Program-made: the position numbers and the translations under genes | Notes under the pieces: model-generated | What the model was told of the DNA's origin: nothing | Database searches by the model: none | The model's input: only the letters and a program-made list of their open reading frames with translations | Shown here: positions 1 to 12,600 of the stretch, piece after piece | Layout of the letters: each line of letters begins with the position of its first letter | Numbering within the stretch: the first letter of the stretch is position 1 | Source of the DNA: Octopus sinensis | Taxonomy: Eukaryota | Assembly: GCF_006345805.1 (NCBI RefSeq) | Contig: NC_043000.1 | Coordinates: 21,266,001-21,330,000, forward strand | DNA length: 64,000 bases | Reading direction: 5' to 3'

Positions 1-389
1 TTTTGAATGTTATTTTCACTTTTTCGGAAAGTCTGTGGTACCACAGATGCATAATTTTGCGTCTTAACTATTTATTTAATTTTCGAAGCACGGTAATGAA
101 TTTTAGTTCATCTTCATTCTCTTTCCTTTTCTACATTATTTTTCTGTGGAGGTGGGGTTCATTGTAGTTAAGAAGTTTCCTTTTCACTATTTCTATAGTT
201 TCGTGTTGAATCTTCTTTTTCTGTGATTTTTTTTCTACTTCTTCCTTCATATTTTCATCTTTAATTATTATTTCTTCCTCATAGACAATAAAGGTGTTGT
301 AGTACAAATTGTCCCTATTAGGAGACAAAGTGTTTACTCATCTATATGTGATCAAAACGGATCACCGGTCCTTCCTGCACTATAGGCTC

Positions 390-585
390 TTATGGCCGGC
401 TTCCCAGATTCTGTGGCATATATATTCCTCGCCTGGATGGGACGTCGGTCTGTCGAAGGGTTACTCATTTTTGCCAGCTGAGTGGACTGGAGCAACGTGA
501 AATTCCTCGGTCCAGGAATCGAAACCACAATCGTACGATCAGGAGTGTAAGACCCTAGCCACTAAGTCACATTCCTCCACCTCTA
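390..585 (-). mobile_element. tRNA-derived SINE (family C, CORE-like middle)
   Basis: Minus strand reads gtggaggaatgtgacttagtggctagg...ggtttcgattcctgg (A/B-box-like), then ctccagtccactcagctggcaaaaatgagt, shared with 4855-5186 and 59020-59190. Confidence 0.75.
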
Positions 586-1626
586 TTTATGATACTGTGC
601 CAAGAAATATTTCATTTGACATCTCCAGAGTTTGGGCTGATGGTGCTCTGAAAAAATTTTTTTTCTTTTCTTGATAAAAATTTTTTTCATTATTTTCATT
701 GTGCTTAATCTTCCCAGAGCTTCTGGCGACACGGCTCTAAGGTTTGTTTTACTCTGAAAAATACATCAATATGGCTTTTAACCCTGTATTATTTATATCA
801 AGCTCTTTGTCTCAGAGTCTTCTACTGGTTACAGTTTCGTAATGGCTTTATAGCCTTCGGGTGCCGCAAGGACTTGAGGACAGATCCATTTGGACGTCCC
901 TTGACCACATACCACCTTTCGTTAGCATTGCTTAGTCCAATGTTCTTTGTCACAACTAGTGTCCGACATCTCTTATTGTGACTCTTATGTTTCTGTAACC
1001 TATGTATTGGGGCACAAGTATATAGTCAAGGTGTGTCTGACGATTTCAGCCTGTGTTTTGGCTGCGTCTTCAGTTCTAAAGATACAGCAGATTGTGCTAT
1101 AACCTCCACCTTTTTTTTTCGCCTGCGAGATATATACTTTTTATTTTTGCATTCTCCTGAATCAGCTGAAGACGGGTTAAGTATATTGACAATAAGTCAA
1201 CCAATTAAACGTTTGATAAATAAATAATTTATTAAGTATAACTTTAAGCATCTTAAAACCTGATAGATAGGTAGAGAGAGTGAGAGAGAGAAACAGACAG
1301 AAAGACAGATAGAAAAAGTGAGAGAATGAGAGATTCAGTCAATATAATTTTGCTAAATTATGTTTCCAGGCCAATTCCAAAAATATCAGCAATCAATTCA
1401 TCATTTGTCATTCCTTTGAAGATTTTCAAATGCGTACATCACTAACATTTTAAGCCACAAATTCTGATTATCCGTTAACGGATTAACTACCACGATGTGT
1501 CATGGCAAAGCAAAACATAAAAGTACAGCTTTTGGAGAAACCAGTGTGTGTATATGTATATGCGTATTTGTGTATGTGCGTGCGTGCGTGTACTCACTTA
1601 TACTGTAGGCCCTCGCTCAGAGTTAT

Positions 1627-1628
1627 AA

Positions 1629-1692
<64 letters not shown>

Positions 1693-1712
1693 CATTATTA
1701 TTATTATTATTA

Positions 1713-1758
<46 letters not shown>

Positions 1759-1808
1759 CATTATTATTATATTATTATTATATTATTATATTATTATTAT
1801 TATTATTA

Positions 1809-1869
<61 letters not shown>

Positions 1870-1872
1870 TAT
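1627..1872. repeat. (ATT)n/(TAA)n microsatellite
   Basis: Directly visible; further (ATT)n tracts at ~3221-3250, 3570-3623 and 3791-3905. Confidence 0.98.
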
Positions 1873-3220
1873 TGTCTTTAGACTGCTTCTAACGCTGGAG
1901 ATGTACTACGGTTCCAGCTGTTCACCACCAGTGAACTAAGGTATCACCCCTTATTTTTCGAGCACCATCCGGAATATTCCAGCGGTTCCAAGTAATGCTG
2001 TTTTCTGCAAGTATTCCACCCTTATTGCAGTCCCTATTTGTTCCACATACTTCTCGAGATTTTTGCTCACTGTTCCCAGGGCTCCAACAATTATTGGTAT
2101 TACTGCTACCTTTTTCATCGACCAAAACTGCTTAACTTCCCAAGTTAACCTGTCATATCTCTCAACTTGTCATATCTCTCGCACTAAATCACAAAATCCC
2201 ATAGGATCTTTGCATTTCTAGTTACGACGATACCGTCAGGTTTGTGGTCGTACCAATTTTTTGCTCTGTCAAGTATATGCTTGTTACAAAGTGTCCAATG
2301 GACAAGCCTGGCTATATTGTCGTGGCATCTCTTATATTCCCTCTGGGCTAGTGGCGTACATTGACTCGTAATATGCCACGGTTTCACAGTTTTGTCCACA
2401 GATTCTGCACTTATCACTTTCTTCTGTGTTGTCTAATCTGTATTTTATATAGTTTGTTCTTAGTGCTTGCTCTTAGGCAGCACAGATTAGAGCCTCCGTT
2501 TCCGGTTTTATATCACTTTTAGTCATCCACAGCCATCTTTTTTCTCCGTCTTCTTATCTTCAACCCATCTATTTTCAGTTTCATTCGTTTTCAATTCCTT
2601 GTATAGTGCTTTATCTTTGCAATCTTTCATCCTACACAAGTCTGACCTTCTTACTTCTAATAATAGCGGTTCTGTGGCATTTTTTACATACCATGCTATG
2701 TTGTTTTCCTCTGCTCTAATGCTGTATTCGCATCCAATAAGTCCTCTTATCCCTCTTTTTCTTTGTACATTCAGTCTGTCTGTCACTTTTTTGGTGGAGT
2801 GACCCATATCTAGTTAGCAACTTCTTGTCTTTTTGTCTAAGCTGTTTAGTTCGTTTACTGTCCATGCGATTACCCCTGCTCCATATCTAAGGAGTGAAAC
2901 CGCCCAGGTGTTGATAGCTTCGATCTTATTCCGTCCCTTTAATTTCGACTTCAGGATCAGTCTCAGTCTGCACAAGTACTCTACTTTAAGTCAGTTTATC
3001 CATTTCCAAAATCCCCAAGTACTTATAGCTCGTTTCTTCTATCTGCTTCTTGACCTCCCCCGACGGTATCGTTTGCCCGTCTATAAATTTGATTTTGCCT
3101 CTCTTCAAGACAAACACGCCACACTTTCTCAGTTCTAACTCCATTCTGATATCAGCACTGAAGGTATACACCGTATCAACGAGGGAACTGGGGTAATCCA
3201 TGAATAAGAAATGGTCGACT
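1873..3220 (-). mobile_element. R4/Dong-clade non-LTR retrotransposon, 5'-truncated and decayed
   Basis: RT end (FSADIRMELELRKC...YKYLGILE), HDNIARLVHW...KILWDFVI and RLE C-terminus (IPIIVGALGTV...LQKTALLGTAGIFRMVLEK*). The 3' end runs into (TAA)n. Confidence 0.85.
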
Positions 3221-3250
3221 TATTATCATTATTATTATTATTATCATTCA

Positions 3251-3569
3251 GTAGTTTTATTTTTATAGCGTGCTTTCACTTCACTACCGAGCGCAGCTCT
3301 GTATGCCTTAGGTATGTGCTGTGATTTGTTGTGATGCTCTGATGGTTATTGTATGGAAAGTGTTCTGCGTAGGATGTGTGCAGTGCCTAGTAGTGCAATT
3401 TTCTGTATGTTATATGTGTTTGTAAGTCCTGGTGTTTTTGTTATGTATTTGTCTGAATATTTTTTTATCATGCCTAATGCACCTACTATGATAGGAATTG
3501 TTTCTGTTTTTAGATTCCACATTCTGGTTACTTCTATTTCCAGGTCTTTGTATTTTGAAAGTTTCTCAT
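3251..3569 (-). mobile_element. Second R4/Dong-like 3' fragment
   Basis: Translates EKLSKYKDLEIEVTRMWNLKTETIPIIVGALGMIKK...QKIALLGTAHILRRTLSI; flanked by (TAA)n on both sides. Confidence 0.85.
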
Positions 3570-3588
3570 ATTATTATTATTATTATTA

Positions 3589-3623
<35 letters not shown>

Positions 3624-3625
<2 letters not shown>

Positions 3626-3790
3626 GTTTGACTTTTGCTTTACATTTGTACAAGTTGGCTCCAAGTCTCACCCAGAGACCCCAAGAGACAACAAGTTGGA
3701 AGTTCATGTTGGTGTTATGCCTAGGGTGTCATATATTTGCTTTTGTACTTAGTGTTGTACTAGTGAATGTTTAAGAAACCATAAGAAATA
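3624..3790 (-). mobile_element. Probable third R4/Dong-like 3' UTR fragment
   Basis: Non-coding 165-bp island between (TAA)n tracts, ending in a TAA tail in the same polarity as its neighbours. Confidence 0.5.
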
Positions 3791-3793
3791 TTA

Positions 3794-3840
<47 letters not shown>

Positions 3841-4347
3841 TATTATTATTATTATTATTATTACTGTTGTTGTTGTTGTTATAAATTATGATTATTATTA
3901 TTATTTTGAGGATGGACTAGGTCTACATAGTTGAATGTTCTTTTTCTCGAACACAAAAATGTAATTTAAGAATATTTTCCTGCTATTTCTAGTAGCTTGG
4001 GCAATCAAGTAGACTGATGTTTCCTTGTTGACTCTCTTTCTGCCATATTGTTTTCGTATTTTGTAAGTTAGAATGAAGCAAATGTTTTTCAGTCACAGAG
4101 GTATATTCATATATCATGGGCCTATGTTATAACTAACGGATGCTTCTTCCTAGACCTGCTTAGAAGTTCTGGGACATGCATCCTTTGCGCGCCTACCCCA
4201 CGCCTTCCAGAATATGTAACAAGCTTATTACTGGTTGTACCGGGTTTAAGTGGAGACTGCATTTTATTTTTCGAACAGACCCCTCTACACATGATGCAAA
4301 GGTACCCCTAATTAACCCGAACGATGCGGTATGGTTATTCTTTCGAA

Positions 4348-4578
4348 GGTGGCGAGCTGGCAGAAACGTTAGCACGCCGAGCGAAATGCGTAGCCGTATT
4401 TCGTCTGCCGTTACGTTCTCAGTTTAAATTCCGCCGAGGTCGACTTTGCTTTTCATCCTTTCGGGGTCGATGAATTAAGTACCAGTTACGCACTGGCGTC
4501 GATGTAATCGACTTAATCCATTTGTCTGTCCTTGTTTGTCCCCTCTGTGTTTAGCCCCTTCTGGGTAGTAAAGAAATA
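4348..4578 (+). mobile_element. tRNA-derived SINE (family A), full length
   Basis: ggtggcgagctggcagaaacgttagc...gtaaagaaata, flanked by a 20-bp TSD ggtatggttattctttcgaa (4328-4347 and 4579-4598). Confidence 0.92.
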
Positions 4579-4854
4579 GGTATGGTTATTCTTTCGAATC
4601 CTTTTATATTGTAGTTTTGATTGTAATATTCGCACCAGGCACCAAGCTAAGATCTGTACTGGGACCGTGAAAGTGTTATGACGTGTGCTTCTAACAGGAC
4701 CCTATGGTGGTAGTACCTGAGGACACTACTCACATGACCTTCCGGAAATAGTGAAGGAAATGGCTGGAGGGAGAGGTCTATATCAAATGATTATTTATGA
4801 TTGAAACAGGTCAAGTTAAGCGCATTTCTGTATATTAAGCCTAAATATCAGATA

Positions 4855-5186
4855 AGTAACGGGCACTCCATCGGTTACGACGACGTGGGTTCCAGTTGAT
4901 CCAATCAACGGAACAGGCCTGTTCGTGAAATTAGCGTTCAAGTGACTGAGCACTCTACAGACACGCGGGCCCTTAACGTAGTTCTCGAGGAGATTCAACG
5001 TGAAACAGAATGTGACAAAGCTGACCCCTTTGAATTACAGGTACAACTCATTTTTGCCAGCTGAGTAAACTGGATCAACATGAAATAATGTGTCTTGCTC
5101 AAAGACACAGCATACCGCCGGGAATCGAACTTACGACATTACGATCTTGAGCCAAATACCTTAACCACTAAGCTACGCGCCATCAC
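4855..5186 (-). mobile_element. SINE family C
   Basis: tRNA-like head, CORE-like middle, and a tail shared with 54385-54769 (ggatcaactggaacc...gtaaccgatggagtgc). Confidence 0.8.
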
Positions 5187-5268
5187 GTATGAGATAAGAA
5201 TGGAAAAAGTAAAAGTGTGTTGTGTGTGAGTGATTGTATGCTTGATATGTATGCGTGCGTGTGTATGT

Positions 5269-5318
<50 letters not shown>

Positions 5319-5591
5319 CGTGCGTGCGTGTATGTGTGGCGGTGTGGATTGATGTAGAAGTTTCATAGTAGATCAACACCAATAGAGAGAACAGAAAAAC
5401 AACGAAAATATTGGAAGAACCAAACGGTAATTGAAACATGATTTAGAAGCCTTCAAAAATCGATAAGCAATCCTTATACTAGGATGAACTAATGAAAGGG
5501 TATCTACGCTGTTGCTCGACCTCTTAGAAATAACAAGGAAATATTCCCCCAAACCATATAAAACGAAGGACACATTGGACTAATGTTGTCG

Positions 5592-5620
5592 TAGATAGAT
5601 AGGCAGACAGACAGACAAAC

Positions 5621-5706
<86 letters not shown>

Positions 5707-5782
5707 CAAGATAGATAGATAGCAAGATAGATAGACAGGTAGACAGAAAGATAGACGGGCAGACAGACAGACAGACAAACAA

Positions 5783-5861
<79 letters not shown>

Positions 5862-6025
5862 TAGATAGATAGATAGATAGATAGATAGGCAGACAGGCAG
5901 ACGGCCAGACGGACAGGCAGACAGATAGATAGATACATATATACATACATACATACACGCATGCATACATATATACATACATGCATACATACATACATAC
6001 ATACATACATACATACATACATAGA
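5592..6025. repeat. Compound (GATA)n/(GACA)n/(CATA)n microsatellite
   Basis: Directly visible. Confidence 0.98.
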
Positions 6026-6082
6026 CATGATAGTCACGGCTGGAGCAACTTCGATCATAGCTGTTTGAAATTAACTGCTACA

Positions 6083-6161
<79 letters not shown>

Positions 6162-6699
6162 TTTCGACCTCAGATTTCTCACCAATTTTCAATCTCATTT
6201 ATTGATTTACATGCACATGGTCAGACATGTTTCATTGCTATGAGAAACTTACCAATTAAATTACATACAGGCAACAGATATCATCAGACTTCGCTGATAT
6301 TGGATATCTCCTCTTTACAGGTAGGTCAGCGAGGTCAGAGCTATGTAGAACTCCCAACAAAAATTCGGCAAAATCTATGATTTGCACCAACACAACCACA
6401 GTGAAAAACTGAGACCAGCAATAGGGTATAAGATATGCGTGTGAGCGCTTGTGTATTATATATATATATATATATATTCATAATTAATCAATATAGGGTG
6501 GCAAAAAAATTTTGTAGAATTTTTTTGCCACCAGCGGCCTAGTGGGAAAAAATTAAATAGTCATAGACCATTTTTAAGTTCAACATCACAATCAAGGAAC
6601 GGCCATAATAGGCCATTCACCCACTAGAAATAATGGGTGAATAGTGGGTGAATGGCCTATTATGGCCGTTCCTTGATTGTGATGATATATATATATATA

Positions 6700-6960
6700 G
6701 GTATAAAAATTATAAATAAAAAAACAAGAACGTGAAATACACAAAGAGACGAACACAAAAAACGGACGGGTCATTCGAAGCCTTTAATCTTCAGTCAGAA
6801 ACCGGATCATCATAGCAAATTTCGGCTGATTAATCCTGATATTGCTCCGACACGGCCAGCCCCAATGAAAAACTAAGCTGCGAGCATTAGATTGCTTGGA
6901 AAAAGGATCGAATGTAAACGAAACAAATACAGAAAAACGGACGAAGCCACACGAATATAA
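6700..6960 (-). mobile_element. Penelope-like terminal (pLTR-like) fragment
   Basis: Reverse complement of ~6770-6890 aligns with ~24538-24650 (gcttagttttt...gattaatcagccgaaat...gatgatccgg...gactgaaga); bounded by (TA)n. The PLE assignment is inference. Confidence 0.5.
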
Positions 6961-7032
6961 ATACAAAAAACAAAAACAAAAATAAAAATAAAAACAAAAA
7001 CAAGAATGGTAATAACAGGATAACAGCAGGTG

Positions 7033-7066
<34 letters not shown>

Positions 7067-7069
<3 letters not shown>

Positions 7070-7322
7070 TGCGTGTGAGGCTGTGTGGTAAGAAGCTTGC
7101 TTCCCAACCACATGGTTCCGGGTTCAGTCCCACTGCGTAACACCTTGGGCAAGTGTCTTCCACTATATCCTTGGACCGACCAAAACCTTCTGAGTGAATT
7201 TGATAGACACGGATAGAATAAGTACTAGGCTTACAAAAGAATGAGTCCTGGGGTCGAATGTTTCGACTAAAAGTAGTGTTCCAGTTTGGCCGCAGTCAAG
7301 TGACTGAAGCAAGTAAATGAAT
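7067..7322 (+). mobile_element. SINE family B (internally deleted)
   Basis: gctgtgtggtaagaagcttgcttcccaaccacatggttccgggttcagtccc head, ccttgggcaagtgtc, and tail gactgaagcaagtaa. Confidence 0.85.
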
Positions 7323-7328
7323 ATATGA

Positions 7329-7731
<403 letters not shown>

Positions 7732-7992
7732 ATATATATATACATTGGTTCAGAAAAGACATGTATGCGCGTGAGTGTATTATATATATATAGTTAACAT
7801 TTATAGAAAATCAAAAAACGAAGACAGGTGTATGAACAACAAACAAGTGTATTAGTTTGATGCTGGGGAAAAATGAAAAAGTCTTTTATGTTTCGAGCCT
7901 ATGCTCTTCAACACAAAGGAATAAGAGCAAATAAACAGAGCAAGAATGAAAAATACGAGTAGAGTTCAGCGGTCGAGCATGGTGAATGTATG

Positions 7993-8069
<77 letters not shown>

Positions 8070-8289
8070 TTACATATAAGAGACCAAAGTGTACGTACGC
8101 CGCTATATTTTTATATATAAAATACAAAAATGGGACAAGAACGCAAAACTCCTTGTTTTCTTTGTATCGTCTGTCTGGATGTTTTGCGTTCTTGTCCTGT
8201 TTTTGCATTTTTATACATACATACATACATACATACATACATACATACATACATACATACATACATACATACAGATATATATATATATG

Positions 8290-8356
<67 letters not shown>

Positions 8357-8365
8357 CATTATTAT

Positions 8366-8830
8366 ATGACACCATCAAATAGTTCGTCACTATGCGACTT
8401 TTTTACTCAGGCTAATTCTTTACTGATCAATTGTATTTTCCTCGCATGTCTGATAAAATCTAGGTCCATAGGGTCAGTATCAGCATATGATTTAGCAAAT
8501 TCAATTGCTTTATCAAGGATCGATCTAGATATAGCGGGATAAAGTCTATAATATCAAACTGGGTAAATTTAGCCTTATTCTTATTCTTGATGCCCTTAAA
8601 CCAATCTATTACAATTATTCCATTGTTGAAGCCCAGTAATTTCCCCTAATTCTAATGTTAATATTTCTAGGTAATTTTTAGCTACTATCCCAATTTCAGA
8701 TCTCGCTGGATTGAACAATCTACAAGGAGGATTATCATGAAAATTGGGCTTATGGTCTCTTAAAGTAATAAACTCTTCTCTTTTAGCTAAGCATTCTAAT
8801 CTATCATCGATATTATTACGTTTCATAATA
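8366..8830 (-). mobile_element. Penelope-like element reverse transcriptase fragment
   Basis: FITLRDHKPNFHDNPPCRLFNPARSEIG... and, after a frameshift, [29 protein letters not shown] (PLE RT DFYPxI motif). Confidence 0.8.
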
Positions 8831-8842
8831 TATCATAGTATA

Positions 8843-9108
8843 AGGCGCAGCCATGGTTCTGTGGTAAGAAGCTTGCTTCCCAGCCACAAGGTTCCGGGTT
8901 CAGTCCTCCTATGTGACACCTTGAGCAAGTGTCTTCTACTATAGCCTCGGGTCGACCAAAGCTTTGTGAGTGAATTTGGTAGACGGAAACTGTGTGTGCG
9001 TGTCTTTGTGCCTGTGTTTTTCCCCCAACCAGCATCACTTGACAAGCGATGTCGGTGTGTTTACGTCCCCGTAACTTAGCAGTTCGAAAAGAGAAACCGA
9101 TAGAATCA
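8843..9108 (+). mobile_element. SINE family B
   Basis: Same head and middle as 7067 and 45685. Confidence 0.85.
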
Positions 9109-9322
9109 TTCCGATTTTCAAATGTTCCAGCGTTTAAGATTACACGTTTAACAACCATAGAGTAAGGTGGATACAACCACGGCTTGATGCATCATGAGTT
9201 TGGCTTATAATTTTAGGTTTTTGTTCCCGAAGATACGCTAATAGTTTTCCCTGGTAAAGGTGAATTACTTTTTCTATGGCCGACTCTACTATCAGTCCAT
9301 CGACCACAAAGTCTGACTAACA

Positions 9323-10065
9323 ATACTCATTTCTGAGCTACAACATGTTTCACAAGTACATTCACCCGAAGAGATGCCGGAATCGGTTAACAACTTCAAA
9401 ACTGTATATGACCGCTTCGGTCTTACAGTCAATATCTAGAAGACCAAAATGCACAAACCACTCTAAACTCATTCCCTCCAGATTTTCACGTTCCCATCTC
9501 CAAAACACAACTGGAACAAGAGAATTAGTTCCCTTATGTCGGAAGCATCCTTTCCACACATTCCAACACCAGAAAGATGTCGAGAACAGGATCCGAACTG
9601 GTCGTGTGTGTGTGTGTGTGTGTGTGTGTGTCTAGGGAAAACCTCTTGATTTAGGCAATGATTGGATATATGTCTATGTTCTATGAAGGCGGCGAGCTGG
9701 CAGAAACGTTAGCACGCCGGGCGAAATGCTTAGCAGTATTTCGTTTGTCGCTACGTTCTGAGTTCAAATTCCGCCGAGGTCGACTTTGCCTTTCATTCTT
9801 TCGGGGTCGATAAATCAAGTACCAGTTACGCACTGGGGTCGATGTAATCGACTTAGTTCGTTTGTCTGTCCTTGCTTATCCCCTCTGTGTTTAGCCCCCT
9901 GTGGGTGATAAAATAAGAAAGAAGAGATATGTCTCTGTTCTAATATAATGCATTTTATCAAGGATTTTTGCTCGAGTTCCTTGTTTTTCATTTGAAACAA
10001 TAAAGTTTCAAAATCCGACATTAACGTTTGTAGGCGTTCATGGTCATGTGTCCAGGGGAAAGTGA
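9323..10065 (+). repeat. Inverted duplication arm 1 (RTE fragment + (GT)n + SINE A at ~9688-9922)
   Basis: Reverse complement of 11402-12176. I found only ~5 substitutions plus a length difference in the (CA)n tract. Confidence 0.95.
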
Positions 10066-10599
10066 TGTTGTCGTGTGTTGCTCCCGGTTCACGGTTAACA
10101 AGGCCAATGTGATTGGTGGAGATGTTATCGCTTGAATTTGAAATTTTGATTGCCAGATTATACCTGACTGATGGCATTGTATAATTAACGGTCAAGATTA
10201 AAATTCCGACGGTAGGATACACATCAATCATATTGGCTATATTATCAATAATTGATTGATCAAATAAATGAAATAATGACATAAATTCAGTTATTCATCA
10301 AACCAACAGTTCATTAATAATGGCCACCTTACTGACGTTCTTCTCTTTTACACATATTATAGAGAAGACATAAAGATACGGTGCTATGAGTGTGAATAAA
10401 CGAATTTATCGCATTTTTATTTGACAAGTGAACAGACGAATGTGTGAAGCAGTTTCTAATTATATTTCGATGTCTTAACTTGGTAAATCAATTTCCTCCG
10501 AAGATCCGCAAGGTGTAAGAGTTTCGTCAATCTATACGGAAACGATTAATGTGTGTGTGTGGCGTGTGTATCTGTGTATATATGAATGCGTAGGGGTAA

Positions 10600-10829
10600 G
10601 GCGACGAGCTGGCAGAAACGTTAGCACGCCGGGCGAAATGCGTAGCTGTATTTCGTCTGCCGTTACGTTCTGAGTTCAAATTCGCCAAGGTCGACTTTGC
10701 CTTTCAGCCTTTCGGGGTCGATAAATTAAGTACCAGCTACGCACTGGGTTCGATATAATCGACTTAATTCGTTTGTCTGTCCTTGTTTGTCTCCTCTGTG
10801 TTTAGCCCCTTGTGGGTTGTAAAGAAATA
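10600..10829 (+). mobile_element. SINE family A
   Basis: Full head-to-tail match to 4348-4578. Confidence 0.9.
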
Positions 10830-11059
10830 GGTAAGCGCGCGTGTACATATGATTGACTGTTTGTCTCAAATATGATGACCGAGTAACTGTCAATAGATAA
10901 CTAGCTGAATAAACGGAGAGAGAAATAAACAAAGCAGAAAGATAAGTGTGGGAACGAAATTTGCTTAATCGGTGCAAATTTGAATGGGTGTAAATTTGCT
11001 AAGTGAGTACAAATTTTAGCAAGAAAAACCGCACTTCCTTCCTCCTCTATTCCTGAGCC

Positions 11060-11844
11060 TACGAACAGAAAATGCCTAAGGATACCATGTCCATTCAATG
11101 GTGATCAACAAAGACAATGACTTTAAACATGCGGCACCTCATCTGCAGGGGACCAGAGAATCACAACTGCTCCTGCCTGTAATGCATCTGTACTATAAGT
11201 GGAAGCTACAGAAGAGATGGTATTTCATTGTCACAAATGTGAGGCAGCTCGACTGCCGTCATAAAAGGTTCATTATCGATGGCTCGTAAAAGTTCCTGCC
11301 ATCATTAATCAATGAAGACCAAGACTAACTACGCGGCACTTCAACAAATGTCAATGTCACGTGGAGAAGATAGAAAAGTAATCCTGCTCCAGTCTATGTT
11401 CTCACTTTCCCCTGGACACATGACCATGAACGCCTACAAACGTTAATGTCGGATTTTGAAACTTTATTGTTTCAAATGAAAAACAAGGAACTCGAGCAAA
11501 AATCCTTGATAAAATGCATTATATTAGAACAGAGACATATCTCTTCTTTTTTATTTTATCACCCACAGGGGGCTAAACACAGAGGGGATAAACAAGGTCA
11601 GACAAACGAACTAAGTCGATTATATCGACCCCAGTGCGTAACTGGTACTTAATTTATCGACCCCGAAAGAATGAAAGGCAAAGTCGACCTCGGCGGAATT
11701 TGAACTCAGAACGTAGCGACAAACGAAATACTGCTAAGCATTTCGCCCGGCGTGCTAACGTTTCTGCCAGCTCGCCGCCTTCATAGAACATAGACATATA
11801 TCCAATCATTGCCTAAATCAAGAGGTTTTCCCTAGACATACACA

Positions 11845-11897
<53 letters not shown>

Positions 11898-12600
11898 CCA
11901 GTTCGGATCCTGTTCTCGACATCTTTCTGGTGTTGGAATGTGTGGAAAGGATGCTTCCGACATAAGGGAACTAATTCTCTTGTTCCAGTTGTGTTTTGGA
12001 GATGGGAACGTGAAAATCTGGAGGGAATGAGTTTAGAGTGGTTTGTGCATTTTGGTCTTCTAGATATTGACTGTAAGACCGAAGCGGTCATATACAGTTT
12101 TGAAGTTGTTAACCGATTCCGGCATCTCTTCGGGTGAATGTACTTGTGAAACATGTTGTAGCTCAGAAATGAGTATGTGCTGGAAACTACAGAAATGGCA
12201 GTATTTCATTGTTGCAGATGTGCGGAGTTCTCCAATTACCTGAAAAAGACTATTTGGCACTTAGATGGAGATTTGTGCCACAAACCTTTGCTCGCTAGAC
12301 ACGGATGCCAGATGTGTAGGTTTTGCTTTGTTTTTGTTATAAGTGAGAAAGAACTGTGCGCACACCAGGCTCATCCACTCGGTCTTACACAACTTTCCCA
12401 GTGGCAATATAAAATTAAAACAATTGAGCTTATATGAGAATACAAGAGACTGCCAAATTGGTTGAAGAGATCTCCAGATCTCGTAGTAACACTGAACTTG
12501 GTGCATGTCCAAATTATAAAACTGTGTCCAGAAAATTCGCCGTAAAGGAAAATTCACATATGACAAATTTGCCGTATGATCGTTGATAAAGTGCATTATA
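11060..12600 (-). mobile_element. Decayed RTE-clade LINE with nested SINE A (~11545-11780)
   Basis: HSPEEMPESVNNFKTVYDRFGLTVNI*KTKM (RT after the YADD region) and a downstream GHVSR motif. Outer limits are approximate. Confidence 0.7.
11402..12176 (-). repeat. Inverted duplication arm 2 (probable donor)
   Basis: RTE homology appears to continue past both ends of this arm but not past arm 1. Confidence 0.9.

Noticed and set aside
720-1180. Possible LTR-retrotransposon RT remnant
   Set aside because: Only vague motif resemblance, with no convincing conserved block.
1502-1939. Long low-complexity ORFs (also 5504-6058, 7946-8542, 16611-17105, 36447-37266)
   Set aside because: They are translations of stop-free microsatellites.
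6300-6380. GQSYVELPTKI resembling a Maverick/Polinton polymerase-region motif
   Set aside because: Too short, stops immediately, and has no supporting flanking homology.
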